NCBI GenBank assembly: GCA_965222375.1
Contig: CBDCTZ010000016.1
Coordinates: forward strand, 64,001 to 128,000
Direction of reading: 5' to 3'
Length of the DNA stretch: 64,000 nt
Source: Polyangiaceae bacterium
GTDB lineage: Bacteria; Myxococcota_A; Polyangia; Polyangiales; Polyangiaceae
A model generated the notes under the pieces. That model saw only the letters and a list, made by a program, of their open reading frames with translations, was not told where the DNA came from and did no database searches. The position numbers and the translations under genes were made by a program. Below are positions 28,379-36,949 of this stretch, piece by piece (the first letter of the stretch is position 1; the number at the start of each line of letters is the position of its first letter).

Positions 28379-29777
28379 CGAAGGCGCTGCTGACCTTCGC
28401 GGCCCCGATCCTCACGCAGAGCGCCGCTTGGAATTGCTTGTGGCCTACGCGCGGGGCGCCTTCAAACTTCTTCCTGAGCTTATCGGAATTCCCTGGCTCC
28501 CCGTGCCCGCACTTCGTGCGTTGGTGCGTCGACGGCGCAGGGCACTGGTGACGCGGGCCTTCAGAGACGTTCCTTTCTATCGAGATGCCTTTGGCTCGGC
28601 TGGCTTCGCCGAGACCGATGTTGGCCGAGCCGAAAACTTCACCCAGCTCCCTCTCCTCACGAAGGAGCATCTACTGACAGCCGGCAGCTCCCTGTTCAGC
28701 TCCGGGGCGGCACCCCGTGATCAATTGCTGGCCCGGCGCTCCAGCGGGTCCACGGGCGCACCGACGGTCGGCTATTTCGACCCTTTGCGTGAGGCTCAAC
28801 GCCGAGCTCAAGAGCTGCGCATGCTCTCTAGCCATGGGGTGCGACCGCGACACGTTCAGCTGATATTGGACGCCCCGGCACATCTGCCACCGAAGCCTTT
28901 CATCCTGCAGCGCATGGGCCTGTGGCGCCGCATACCTTATCCAGTGGAGCTCTCGCCCGCCGCGGCCCTCGACGAGATCGAGCGCATGCAACCTGAAGTC
29001 ATTCACGGCGTCTTGGCAGGGCTGCGTATGCTGGCGCTCGCAGCCGAGGCCCGCGGCGGCCTCGAGCACCGACCGCATCGCATCTTCTCTCGGGGCGAAG
29101 TCTTGGATGCACAAACGCGCTGGTTCATCGAAAACGCCCTTGGCGCCCCTCTGGTCGACTTCTACGCAACCGAGGAAACGGGGATCGTGGCCTGGGAGTG
29201 TCCCCTGGGCGGCGGATACCACGTGGACTCGGACTTGGTTTTCGTCGAGGTGTTGCGGGAAGACGGCTCCACGGCGGCGCCCGGGGAGCTTGGTGAACTC
29301 GTGCTGACGAACTTGTTTCAACACACCATGCCAATCATCCGCTACCGCGTAGGCGATATGGGTGCGCTGAGCGCAACACGGTGCCCATGCGGGCGTGGCC
29401 TACCTCTGCTCACGGAGCTTCAAGGGCGACGCTTGGACTTCATCGTCACGCCCGGTGGCAAGCTGCACGACCCCTTTCGAGTCATGGCCATATTCGAGCA
29501 CGTCTCTGGCGTTCGCTGGTTTCGCGTTCAGCAACGGTCCGTCGAACTGCTTGTCGTACAGCTCGGTTTCGAAGCCGAACTGACCCCGGAAGAGCGCGAG
29601 CATGTTCGGAAGCAGCTGCGCCTGGGGTTTGAGCGCCTGTTTCGAGAACCCATCAAGCTCGACTTCGAGGACGCCGGCGAGTTCCAGGTCCCCATGGGTA
29701 CCAAGGCGCCGTTGGTGAAAGGCCTCGGCCTCAGCCTGGAGCAGCTCGCGGAAAAGGGCTACCGCTTCCGAATCTAG
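28365..29777 (+). CDS. Phenylacetate-CoA ligase/CapK-like adenylate-forming enzyme
   Basis: VPFYR, LPLLTK, SSGSTG, YATEETG, TNLFQHTMPIIRYRVGD, GR motifs. Confidence 0.9.
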   Translation: MPSTDEGAADLRGPDPHAERRLELLVAYARGAFKLLPELIGIPWLPVPALRALVRRRRRALVTRAFRDVPFYRDAFGSAGFAETDVGRAENFTQLPLLTKEHLLTAGSSLFSSGAAPRDQLLARRSSGSTGAPTVGYFDPLREAQRRAQELRMLSSHGVRPRHVQLILDAPAHLPPKPFILQRMGLWRRIPYPVELSPAAALDEIERMQPEVIHGVLAGLRMLALAAEARGGLEHRPHRIFSRGEVLDAQTRWFIENALGAPLVDFYATEETGIVAWECPLGGGYHVDSDLVFVEVLREDGSTAAPGELGELVLTNLFQHTMPIIRYRVGDMGALSATRCPCGRGLPLLTELQGRRLDFIVTPGGKLHDPFRVMAIFEHVSGVRWFRVQQRSVELLVVQLGFEAELTPEEREHVRKQLRLGFERLFREPIKLDFEDAGEFQVPMGTKAPLVKGLGLSLEQLAEKGYRFRI

Positions 29778-29786
29778 CCGCGGACA

Positions 29787-30509
29787 TCAGCGGCGGTAGG
29801 CGACCACGATGAGAAAGCTACCGAGACTGGGCACCAACTTCGCCAACCAGCGAGACGCCCAGCGCACTTGTTCGGGTTCCCTGGGGTCGCGGCGAAAGAC
29901 CACCAGCGTGCTCGACAGCTCTTGGACGTCGAGGCCAGCCTCGGCAAGGGCCCGCTTCAACGTGCCGGGGGCGAAGGGGCGAATGTGGAGCTTCAAGTAC
30001 GGATGCAACGGTTGCACCTGCATTGGCGCGCGCCCGAGCAATAGCCGGAAGCGGTCCGGTAGGTGGGCCAGGTTCGGCGTGGTCAGCACCAGCTTGCCGC
30101 CGGGCTTCAACACGCGCCGCACCTCCGCCAAGAACGCACGAGTGTCGAATAAGTGCTCGATGATCTCGCCAGCGAAAACGACATCGAAATTACCAGCCTG
30201 TACCGGGATTTCTGAACTCACATCCCCCTTGAGGGGCGTGATGCCCCGCTCTGCGGCCTCAGCCAGTGCTTGCTCCGAAACGTCCATACCGGTGACTCGA
30301 TAGCCGAGTCGCGACAGTCGCTCACCCACTCGGCCATCTCCACAACCCAGATCGAGTAGGCGCGGCTGCCCCATTGGGTCCGCGAGGAGCTTTTCGACAA
30401 CCTGCAACCGCAGCACGTTGTCGGCATCACGCGCGAGGAAGTCGAAAGCGTTTCGTCTTCCGAACCACTCGGCGTTGTCGCCGGCGGTGTCTGGGCGCTG
30501 GGAGGTCAT
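29787..30509 (-). CDS. Class I SAM-dependent methyltransferase
   Basis: LLDLGCGDG, FDVVFAGEIIEHL, RVLKPGGKLVLTTPN. Confidence 0.9.
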   Translation of the reverse strand: MTSQRPDTAGDNAEWFGRRNAFDFLARDADNVLRLQVVEKLLADPMGQPRLLDLGCGDGRVGERLSRLGYRVTGMDVSEQALAEAAERGITPLKGDVSSEIPVQAGNFDVVFAGEIIEHLFDTRAFLAEVRRVLKPGGKLVLTTPNLAHLPDRFRLLLGRAPMQVQPLHPYLKLHIRPFAPGTLKRALAEAGLDVQELSSTLVVFRRDPREPEQVRWASRWLAKLVPSLGSFLIVVAYRR

Positions 30510-30519
30510 GACCAGTGCG

Positions 30520-31581
30520 TCAGAAGTAGAAGTCGTCTTTCGTATTCGCCAAGATCTTGCACTGGGAAGCACACTCATACACATGGTCCCTGGCGCGGCC
30601 CGCAGCAGCGCCAGTCCACATTTTGTGCAAATCCTGGCGCAGAATGTGGCCGAAGCTCTCCCACGTGTTCGGGCACATCTTGACCTGACCCTGTTCGGTT
30701 ACGAGTAGCGTCTTCAATTCGCTCTCGCAGCTCTCCAGCTTTCCAAAGGCAACCGGATCGCGGAAGTAGGCGCGCCACTGACGAAAATCGTTGTCGCTGT
30801 TCTGGATCGGATAGCCAGCCGCTTTGCGGCCCTCCAGCTCCGCCACGAACTCCATGGCTGCGTCGGGAACTGGGAACAGCGGGCTCTTCTCGAACCAACG
30901 GTCACCCTGGGGGCGTTCGCCCATGAAGAAGTCCGTGCTGGCGACGGGCTGGAAGCTGTGGCCCTCGATACCTTCATTCTTCACCCAATCCGACAGCTGC
31001 AGCAACCCGTCGAGGTTGTCTCGCATGATGATGCTGTTGACCCATACGCGCGGGTGCTCCAGCCCGAGCCGCTCCCGCGCCTCCCGGATGTGCTCGATGG
31101 CCTTCTTGGCAAGAACCCATGCGCCTTTCTTGCCGCGACTCGCATCGTGATAGGCCGCGTCCGCACTGTCGATGGACACGGCCATGAACGACAGCCCGGA
31201 GCGCACGACCCGTTCTGCCCGCTGTCGAGTGGCGATCAGCGTTCCGTTGGTGGTGACGCTCGTGGTCACGTCCAAGTCGCGCGCGGTCGCCACGACGTCC
31301 AGCAGGTCACGATGCAAGAACGGCTCACCGGCGATAAAGGAGAGGCTGAACGGCGCGCCGACAAAGCTGCGCAGCCGCCGCAGCGCTTCGCGTTTCTCGC
31401 TGAGTGAAAGCGAGGGCTCTAAGCGGTAGCTCTTGGTGCGTCGACCGATATCGCAGTGGTTGCAGGACAGGTTGCAGATCTGCTCCCACCACCAAAAGAT
31501 GCGCTCGGGCTTGGGGTGCACAGTGGTCGCAGGCGACGATCCGCCGCGGCGCAACAAGCGGTCCACAAGCACCAAAGACAT
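30520..31581 (-). CDS. Radical SAM enzyme with twitch/SPASM-like C-terminus
   Basis: CNLSCNHC, AGEPFL, TTNGT, VSIDS, HDASRG; C-terminal C...GQVKMC...CxxxC. Confidence 0.9.
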   Translation of the reverse strand: MSLVLVDRLLRRGGSSPATTVHPKPERIFWWWEQICNLSCNHCDIGRRTKSYRLEPSLSLSEKREALRRLRSFVGAPFSLSFIAGEPFLHRDLLDVVATARDLDVTTSVTTNGTLIATRQRAERVVRSGLSFMAVSIDSADAAYHDASRGKKGAWVLAKKAIEHIREARERLGLEHPRVWVNSIIMRDNLDGLLQLSDWVKNEGIEGHSFQPVASTDFFMGERPQGDRWFEKSPLFPVPDAAMEFVAELEGRKAAGYPIQNSDNDFRQWRAYFRDPVAFGKLESCESELKTLLVTEQGQVKMCPNTWESFGHILRQDLHKMWTGAAAGRARDHVYECASQCKILANTKDDFYF

Positions 31582-31587
31582 GGAAAA

Positions 31588-31616
31588 ACGGTACGAGGGG
31601 GTGGGGGCTCGGTCAA
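31588..31616 (-). promoter_or_regulatory. Internal sigma70-type promoter, leaderless configuration
   Basis: Minus strand TTGACC (31616-31611), 17 bp, TACCGT (31593-31588), 6 nt, ATG at 31581. Confidence 0.6.
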
Positions 31617-31649
31617 GCGCCGAGCCGCTTTGCGAATACCCGCAGTGAG

Positions 31650-32885
31650 CTAGAGGCGGATGCCGCGTTGTGCGAGGAAGTCGAGATAACCCGACATGCT
31701 GACGGCAATTCGCTCCTCGGAGAGCCCAAACTGACGCAAGGAGTAACGATGGGCTCCGCGGCTGTGATGCGTCGCGCGCGACAATTGTCTAGCGATACCG
31801 CGCCGCCCGGTGTCATCGAGTTCGTACCCGAAGCGATCGTAGATGCCTTCGACGACACGTATGGGGCTGTCGACCAGGTCGGAATACGCGACGTCCCAGC
31901 AGCGCTGATCTGAAATGCATCGTCGACGCGCGAGCCCACTCGCGACGAGCTCGGTCAGGGACTGCAGCACCGCACTGCCGAGCGGCGCAGGGTCGACACC
32001 ACCGAAAAAGACCTGCGAACGCGCCGCCGCATAACTGGCCGTCGACGGCACCACTTGCGCGGGATCGCGATGTGTGAACACGAAGTTCGCATCCGGGTAC
32101 ACACTGGCCAGGCTACTCAAGTGCCATAGGTGGAAACCGCCTTTCAGGACCCAATGGCGGCCTGGCCAGCGCCACTGCAGCAACCGCAGCAGAGTGCGGT
32201 GGTATTTGTAGGCTTCGCGCATGTCCTGAGCCCGGAACCACCGCTCGTAGGCAGCGCCTGCTGGTAGCAACGGATTCATGAACGAAAGGTCGAGCAGGTA
32301 GTGGCACTCCTCGGGACCGTCCGCGCGGTGGGGGTGCAGTTTCGACAAGGCCGGGTTGAGGCGCAAGCCGCGGGACACGGCTTGCCGCGCGCGCGCGATC
32401 CGTGGGTCGCGCTCCCCGAGCCCCGATTGCGGCGGCGGCGTCGGTTGCATCAGCTGCCACAACAGCGGAACGCGCACCGCCGGGTCCGCGCAGAGCAGGT
32501 GGTGCAAATGGGTGGAGCCCGTCCGAGGTAGGCCCACGATGAACAGGGGTCGTGCCACACGCTGGTCGGCGATCTCCTCGAATCTCGAAAGCCAACGCTG
32601 GACCTCGAGGCGCTTGCGCAAACACGCCAGGACGTGGGACCGCATTGCAGCGAGTCCAAAGGCGGACAAGCTCACCTCCTGGGTCAGCGCCTGCAGCAAC
32701 CTGGCCAGAGGACGGACGAAGCCGCGGTCCCCATAGTCCGACAGCCCGGTCTGCGCTTCGGCCGCACGAAGAAGTCCTTCGAGATCCAGCTGCCGCCGAA
32801 GCAGCGGGCGCACCAGCACCCCGGTGGCATTCATGCCGCGCACGAACAGCGGCATACGCAGTTGCTCCAGAGTCGTTGGCGACAT
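31650..32885 (-). CDS. PAPS-dependent sulfotransferase (mycobacterial Stf-like)
   Basis: PLFIVGLPRTGSTHLHHLL (5'-PSB loop), WVLK, FVFTHRDP. Confidence 0.92.
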   Translation of the reverse strand: MSPTTLEQLRMPLFVRGMNATGVLVRPLLRRQLDLEGLLRAAEAQTGLSDYGDRGFVRPLARLLQALTQEVSLSAFGLAAMRSHVLACLRKRLEVQRWLSRFEEIADQRVARPLFIVGLPRTGSTHLHHLLCADPAVRVPLLWQLMQPTPPPQSGLGERDPRIARARQAVSRGLRLNPALSKLHPHRADGPEECHYLLDLSFMNPLLPAGAAYERWFRAQDMREAYKYHRTLLRLLQWRWPGRHWVLKGGFHLWHLSSLASVYPDANFVFTHRDPAQVVPSTASYAAARSQVFFGGVDPAPLGSAVLQSLTELVASGLARRRCISDQRCWDVAYSDLVDSPIRVVEGIYDRFGYELDDTGRRGIARQLSRATHHSRGAHRYSLRQFGLSEERIAVSMSGYLDFLAQRGIRL

Positions 32886-32895
32886 GACGATTCTG

Positions 32896-34755
32896 CTACT
32901 GAACGGGGGCGTCTCCAACTACGTGAAGCTTGCGGTATCGGCGATCCACGCCCGCGAGGAGGCGCTCCGCGTGCAACGCCGCGCCGGTCCGCCGCGCCGA
33001 TGTGTGCACACGCGGCGTGAGGTACCAAAGCAGCGTCTCAGTGAGCGGCCCCGTTGCACCTGGACTCGTTCGCCACTCCCGAGCCAAGCCGCGAATCAAC
33101 ATGCTCTCGACGCGACTGCGCAGCGATGCGCGACGAGATGGGCGCCGCTCGAAGGGTGCCAGCAGGGTTGGCTTGAGTGCCTCGAGCTCTGCCCGGTCGA
33201 TGGGTTTACCAAATACGTCGCGCCCGATGAACAGCGCCACGCCGCACTCGAGGGCCTTTGCCCAGCGAAAGATGTCGCCGCGCGACGACGACGCAGATAT
33301 CACCGACGTAGGAAGCGACAGTGCTCGCTGGAACACGCTGGCGGCAACCGGCGCATGCGGGATGCGACTCGTGTGCAACAACGTCAGCAGGATCTCCCTG
33401 CACACCACCGAGATATCCATGTCCCCGCTGGAGTACCCAAAGTAGTGGGTCGAACCCTCGCTCAGCTCGGGGTCCGACGCGATCGCGGCATAGTCCTGCA
33501 AGGCGAAGGGATACAGCACGTAGCTGAACGCCGTCGGATGGTCCGGACAGCGGGCGTTCACCCGAGCGAGCAGCGACCGGGTGGCATCGAGGGAAGCCGA
33601 TGTTTCACCAGGAAACCCGTGAATCAGACCCAAAGTCACGGTAATTCCCGCGTCACCCAACGCGTCTAGCGCCGGCTGAAACTGCTCGAGCTTGGTGCCC
33701 TTACGCATCAGATTCAGCATCCGCTGGTCACCGCTTTCCTGACCGATGAAGACGTGCGCGACGCCCGCCCTGGCCATTCGATTGACCGTGTCGTCGTCCA
33801 AATCCGAGGCTCGGCCGAATGCGCCGAGCTTCTTGCCCAACTCTGCGTCAGCACACTGGTCCAAGAAAGCGCGCCACCGCGTTCGTGGCGCCGTCGCCGT
33901 CGCGTCATAGAGCTCCACGTAGGAAGTAGGCAGCCGCGCGGCTCGAAGCGCGGCTGCTTCGGGGCTCAAGGCAGCGGAAGTCGGAAGCGTTCGATAGGTG
34001 CAGAACGCACACATGAAGCCGCAACCGCGCTGCGTCTCCAGGCCAGCGTAGGGAAGGCGCGCGGGCTCGTGAGCCGGAGAGATTCTCGAACTGATGGCAA
34101 AGTCCGGTTCCGAGACTTCCTCCAAGAAGAGCCCCGGCGGAGTTCCCGTGTGCTCTAGTTGATCTGCCGCGCTGCGAAGGTACAATCCTGGAATCGTCGC
34201 CAAAGATTGGCCACGCAAAACCCGCCGAACCAGCTCGGGAAAGCGCGTTTCGCCCTCGCCCACGAGGTACACGTCAGCGTCCAACTCGAGAAAGCCCTGA
34301 GTATCCGTGGTGTAGAAATAGCCGCCCACCACGAGGACCGCGTCCGGGAAATCTCTGCGAACCAGGCCCAGCAGTGCGTCTAGCCAAGGGCGACTGGTCA
34401 TGAAGGTTGTCGACACACCAACGCACTTCGGCTTCCGCCGCGCCAACACCGAAAGCGCTTTCGACCATTGCCGCAAATCCCAAGAACCGGGGTCCAGCGC
34501 TTCCCAGTCCAGACCGGCAGCCTCGAGCTGCGTCGCCAAGGCGACGGCCGTCAACGAGCGGTGCGGTCCTGGATCGAGGCTCTGCCCGGCAATGCTTGGA
34601 GCGGCATCGAAGCAGACGCCCAGGGCAGCCTCGAGCTCTCGCGCCGCGGAAGCCAGCGGCGCCGCCAAGTGAGCGCCGGTCGTCTTGCGCAGGGCGGCGT
34701 CCAGCACGTAGCCCGACTTGGACTCGAAGGGCACCAACAACAGCACGTCCGACAC
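32896..34755 (-). CDS. Cobalamin (B12)-binding radical SAM enzyme, paralogue B
   Basis: VGVSTTF, VVGGYFY, VGEGE; ETQRGCGFMCAFC; GQESGDQRMLNLMRKG; TATACT 7 nt upstream of the GTG. Confidence 0.92.
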   Translation of the reverse strand: MSDVLLLVPFESKSGYVLDAALRKTTGAHLAAPLASAARELEAALGVCFDAAPSIAGQSLDPGPHRSLTAVALATQLEAAGLDWEALDPGSWDLRQWSKALSVLARRKPKCVGVSTTFMTSRPWLDALLGLVRRDFPDAVLVVGGYFYTTDTQGFLELDADVYLVGEGETRFPELVRRVLRGQSLATIPGLYLRSAADQLEHTGTPPGLFLEEVSEPDFAISSRISPAHEPARLPYAGLETQRGCGFMCAFCTYRTLPTSAALSPEAAALRAARLPTSYVELYDATATAPRTRWRAFLDQCADAELGKKLGAFGRASDLDDDTVNRMARAGVAHVFIGQESGDQRMLNLMRKGTKLEQFQPALDALGDAGITVTLGLIHGFPGETSASLDATRSLLARVNARCPDHPTAFSYVLYPFALQDYAAIASDPELSEGSTHYFGYSSGDMDISVVCREILLTLLHTSRIPHAPVAASVFQRALSLPTSVISASSSRGDIFRWAKALECGVALFIGRDVFGKPIDRAELEALKPTLLAPFERRPSRRASLRSRVESMLIRGLAREWRTSPGATGPLTETLLWYLTPRVHTSARRTGAALHAERLLAGVDRRYRKLHVVGDAPVQ

Positions 34756-34819
34756 GCCGGGCAGTATAGGCGTCGGGCGCAGTCAGGACGAACGCACGTT
34801 CTCGCTAGCGAAATTGGGC

Positions 34820-35770
34820 TCAGGCGGCGACTTCGAGAAGCCCGAACGCGGCAACGCCTCGGCTGCGCAGCTCTCGGCGGATCTGCTGCACCGAGTCGGT
34901 ATCCGCAGAAATGGTCGCCAGCAGTTCCGAGCAGAAACCATCGAGGGTGGAATTGCCAATTTGAGTGAGGTCGCCACTGCCATCAAGCGCTGCACGCCAG
35001 GCTCGAGCGACCTCACTCGTCGCGGAAGATAGCTCGAGCCGCTTGCCGCGCTTGACTAGCAAGCCCGCAGATTCTCCGGCATCGATACCAGCCTTGGAAA
35101 CCAAGTCCGCCGGGGTCGAACCCGCGCGGAGCAAGTCCCCAATCACTGCAGCAGCTCGCGTGGCACCCCGAGCGAGCGCGACCTCGCTCAAGGTCGAGAG
35201 CAATGCCTCGAAGGCCTCAGGAGCGGACTCTTCTTCACACGCTTGACTCTCCTCGCTCGCCGCTTCGAGCACTGGTGCCACAGCGCTCGCGGGCACCTCG
35301 TTCGCAACAGAATCCGCTTCGTCCTCGTCAGCCACCTCGGCAATGAATTCTGCGACGCTCTCGTCCACTTCGCCCTCGCTCGCTACCTCTGCAATGACCT
35401 CGTCCCCAGCGTCCGCGATGAACTCGGCAACTGCTTCGCTTTCTGCCCGTCCGATGATCTCTTCGACTCCGTCATCCACCGCTTTGGCAATGACTTCAGA
35501 ATCGACTTCGCTCGGCGGGGCGTCGGAGAAGTCTCCGGTTTCCGCCACGATCTCCGCGACGCTCAGATCCACGGCCTCGGCAATGATCTCCGCGACGTTG
35601 ACAGGCTCGGCAACCTGCGCTGGCTGCGCCACTTCCCGCGCCGCCACGACAACTGGCGGACGCACGATGGCACGAGAAGCGCCGGTCACCTCTCGACAGC
35701 GCCACACAGCACCATCGTGAAGGTCGAGATTGTCGTTCGGGAACTCGGAGGCGGGTCGTCTGAAGTCCAT
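34820..35770 (-). CDS. Acidic hypothetical protein with internal AE(I/F)IAE repeats
   Basis: Long ORF with coding-like bias; E/D/A-rich central region; start uncertain (35770 or 35818). Confidence 0.7.
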   Translation of the reverse strand: MDFRRPASEFPNDNLDLHDGAVWRCREVTGASRAIVRPPVVVAAREVAQPAQVAEPVNVAEIIAEAVDLSVAEIVAETGDFSDAPPSEVDSEVIAKAVDDGVEEIIGRAESEAVAEFIADAGDEVIAEVASEGEVDESVAEFIAEVADEDEADSVANEVPASAVAPVLEAASEESQACEEESAPEAFEALLSTLSEVALARGATRAAAVIGDLLRAGSTPADLVSKAGIDAGESAGLLVKRGKRLELSSATSEVARAWRAALDGSGDLTQIGNSTLDGFCSELLATISADTDSVQQIRRELRSRGVAAFGLLEVAA

Positions 35771-35826
35771 GGCGCGCTTTCGCGCGAAATGGTGGTCAGA
35801 CTCGCCGCTGACGGCCAAGAAAGCGG

Positions 35827-36258
35827 CTACTGATTCACCACCACATCGGCGGCGTTTTCCGCGCTCAGGCCCGGAGAAACCTTCCGTTTGGAGCCCACCA
35901 GCATGTACTCGACGACGGCCCAGTACTCCTCGTCACTCAGGGACCCGACCTTGCTCTTGGGCAATGGCATCTCCTTCTTGACGTAGTCGAACACGTCTTG
36001 AGCTGTCTTGAAGGGGCCGATGTCACCGCCGACACCTTTGAGCGGCAACGCCGTGGGACCCATCACCTCGGGAGTGCCACCCAAACCCTGACCTTGGCTG
36101 CCGTGGCAACCTGCGCACTCGCTCTTGTACACCTTGGCACCGGTCGGAGATTGCTTCTTGGCCTTCGCCACCGCGGCATCGTTGGCAGGGCTGCCAGAGC
36201 CCCCACAGGCGAGGAGAATTGGGAACAGGGCGAGGCAGCGGAGGATACGGGCGTTCAT
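35827..36258 (-). CDS. c-type cytochrome lipoprotein
   Basis: Lipobox LLAC; CAGCH heme motif; distal MP ligand. Confidence 0.88.
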   Translation of the reverse strand: MNARILRCLALFPILLACGGSGSPANDAAVAKAKKQSPTGAKVYKSECAGCHGSQGQGLGGTPEVMGPTALPLKGVGGDIGPFKTAQDVFDYVKKEMPLPKSKVGSLSDEEYWAVVEYMLVGSKRKVSPGLSAENAADVVVNQ

Positions 36259-36363
36259 TCCTCGGCATTTCGTCGGACAACGCCTGAATGTCAAGCCAAC
36301 TTGTATGGCCCCCGGGCGCCCCACAGCCTGCGCTCGGACGCTTTTCGGACTATATCTTCAGGT

Positions 36364-36903
36364 ATGAGGTCCTTCTGGTTGGCCGGACTCGTCGCAGTCT
36401 TTGCGCTGTCAGCGTGTGCACCGAATCCACCGCCACGTTGGGAAACTGGCGGCGCCCCACTGCTCTTGGCGCCTGCTCGTTGGGATCGCCCGGACGACGA
36501 CAGCATCGAGATCACCAAAGACGGAAAGGTGCTCGAAGACGGGGATCTGCTGTTTGTGATCGACCGAGCCGGTCGAGTCGTCGACGAAGACTACGAGCCC
36601 CTCGCGGTGCTCCTGCCCGACGGACACGTTGCTGGAACCGACAACCGCCTACTCGGACGCGTAGGCATGAGCAACGCGGCTCCGCCCGGCGCTGCATCCG
36701 CATGGCTCGCCATCATGCCGAACGGGCAGGTCGTGTACTTCGATGAGGACGGCGAGCGAGAAGACCGTGGCGTATGGCGAGGTTGCCAGGGCCCCCAGCA
36801 GCGCACCTGCACTCTCGTCACCCACGTGCTCTGGGTTCGAAACTGGCTGCGTCGGCCGCGAAGCGGTGTGAGCGTGGGGGTCGGCATCGGCGTCGGCTAT
36901 TGA
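36364..36903 (+). CDS. Hypothetical lipoprotein
   Basis: MRSFWLAGLVAVFALSAC signal; C-terminal GVSVGVGIGVGY. Confidence 0.75.
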   Translation: MRSFWLAGLVAVFALSACAPNPPPRWETGGAPLLLAPARWDRPDDDSIEITKDGKVLEDGDLLFVIDRAGRVVDEDYEPLAVLLPDGHVAGTDNRLLGRVGMSNAAPPGAASAWLAIMPNGQVVYFDEDGEREDRGVWRGCQGPQQRTCTLVTHVLWVRNWLRRPRSGVSVGVGIGVGY

Positions 36904-36949
36904 TCCATCGCTGTCGACGCAGGGCGAAAGTGACGCTAAGACGCCGGCC

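Noticed and set aside
14998..32885. Saxitoxin or Nod-factor gene cluster
   Set aside because: Only tailoring-type homologues are present; sxtA/G/B and nodABC core genes are absent.
34756..34819. Cobalamin riboswitch upstream of the B12-rSAM genes
   Set aside because: The intergenic gaps (about 65 and 45 bp) are too short and lack a B12-box.
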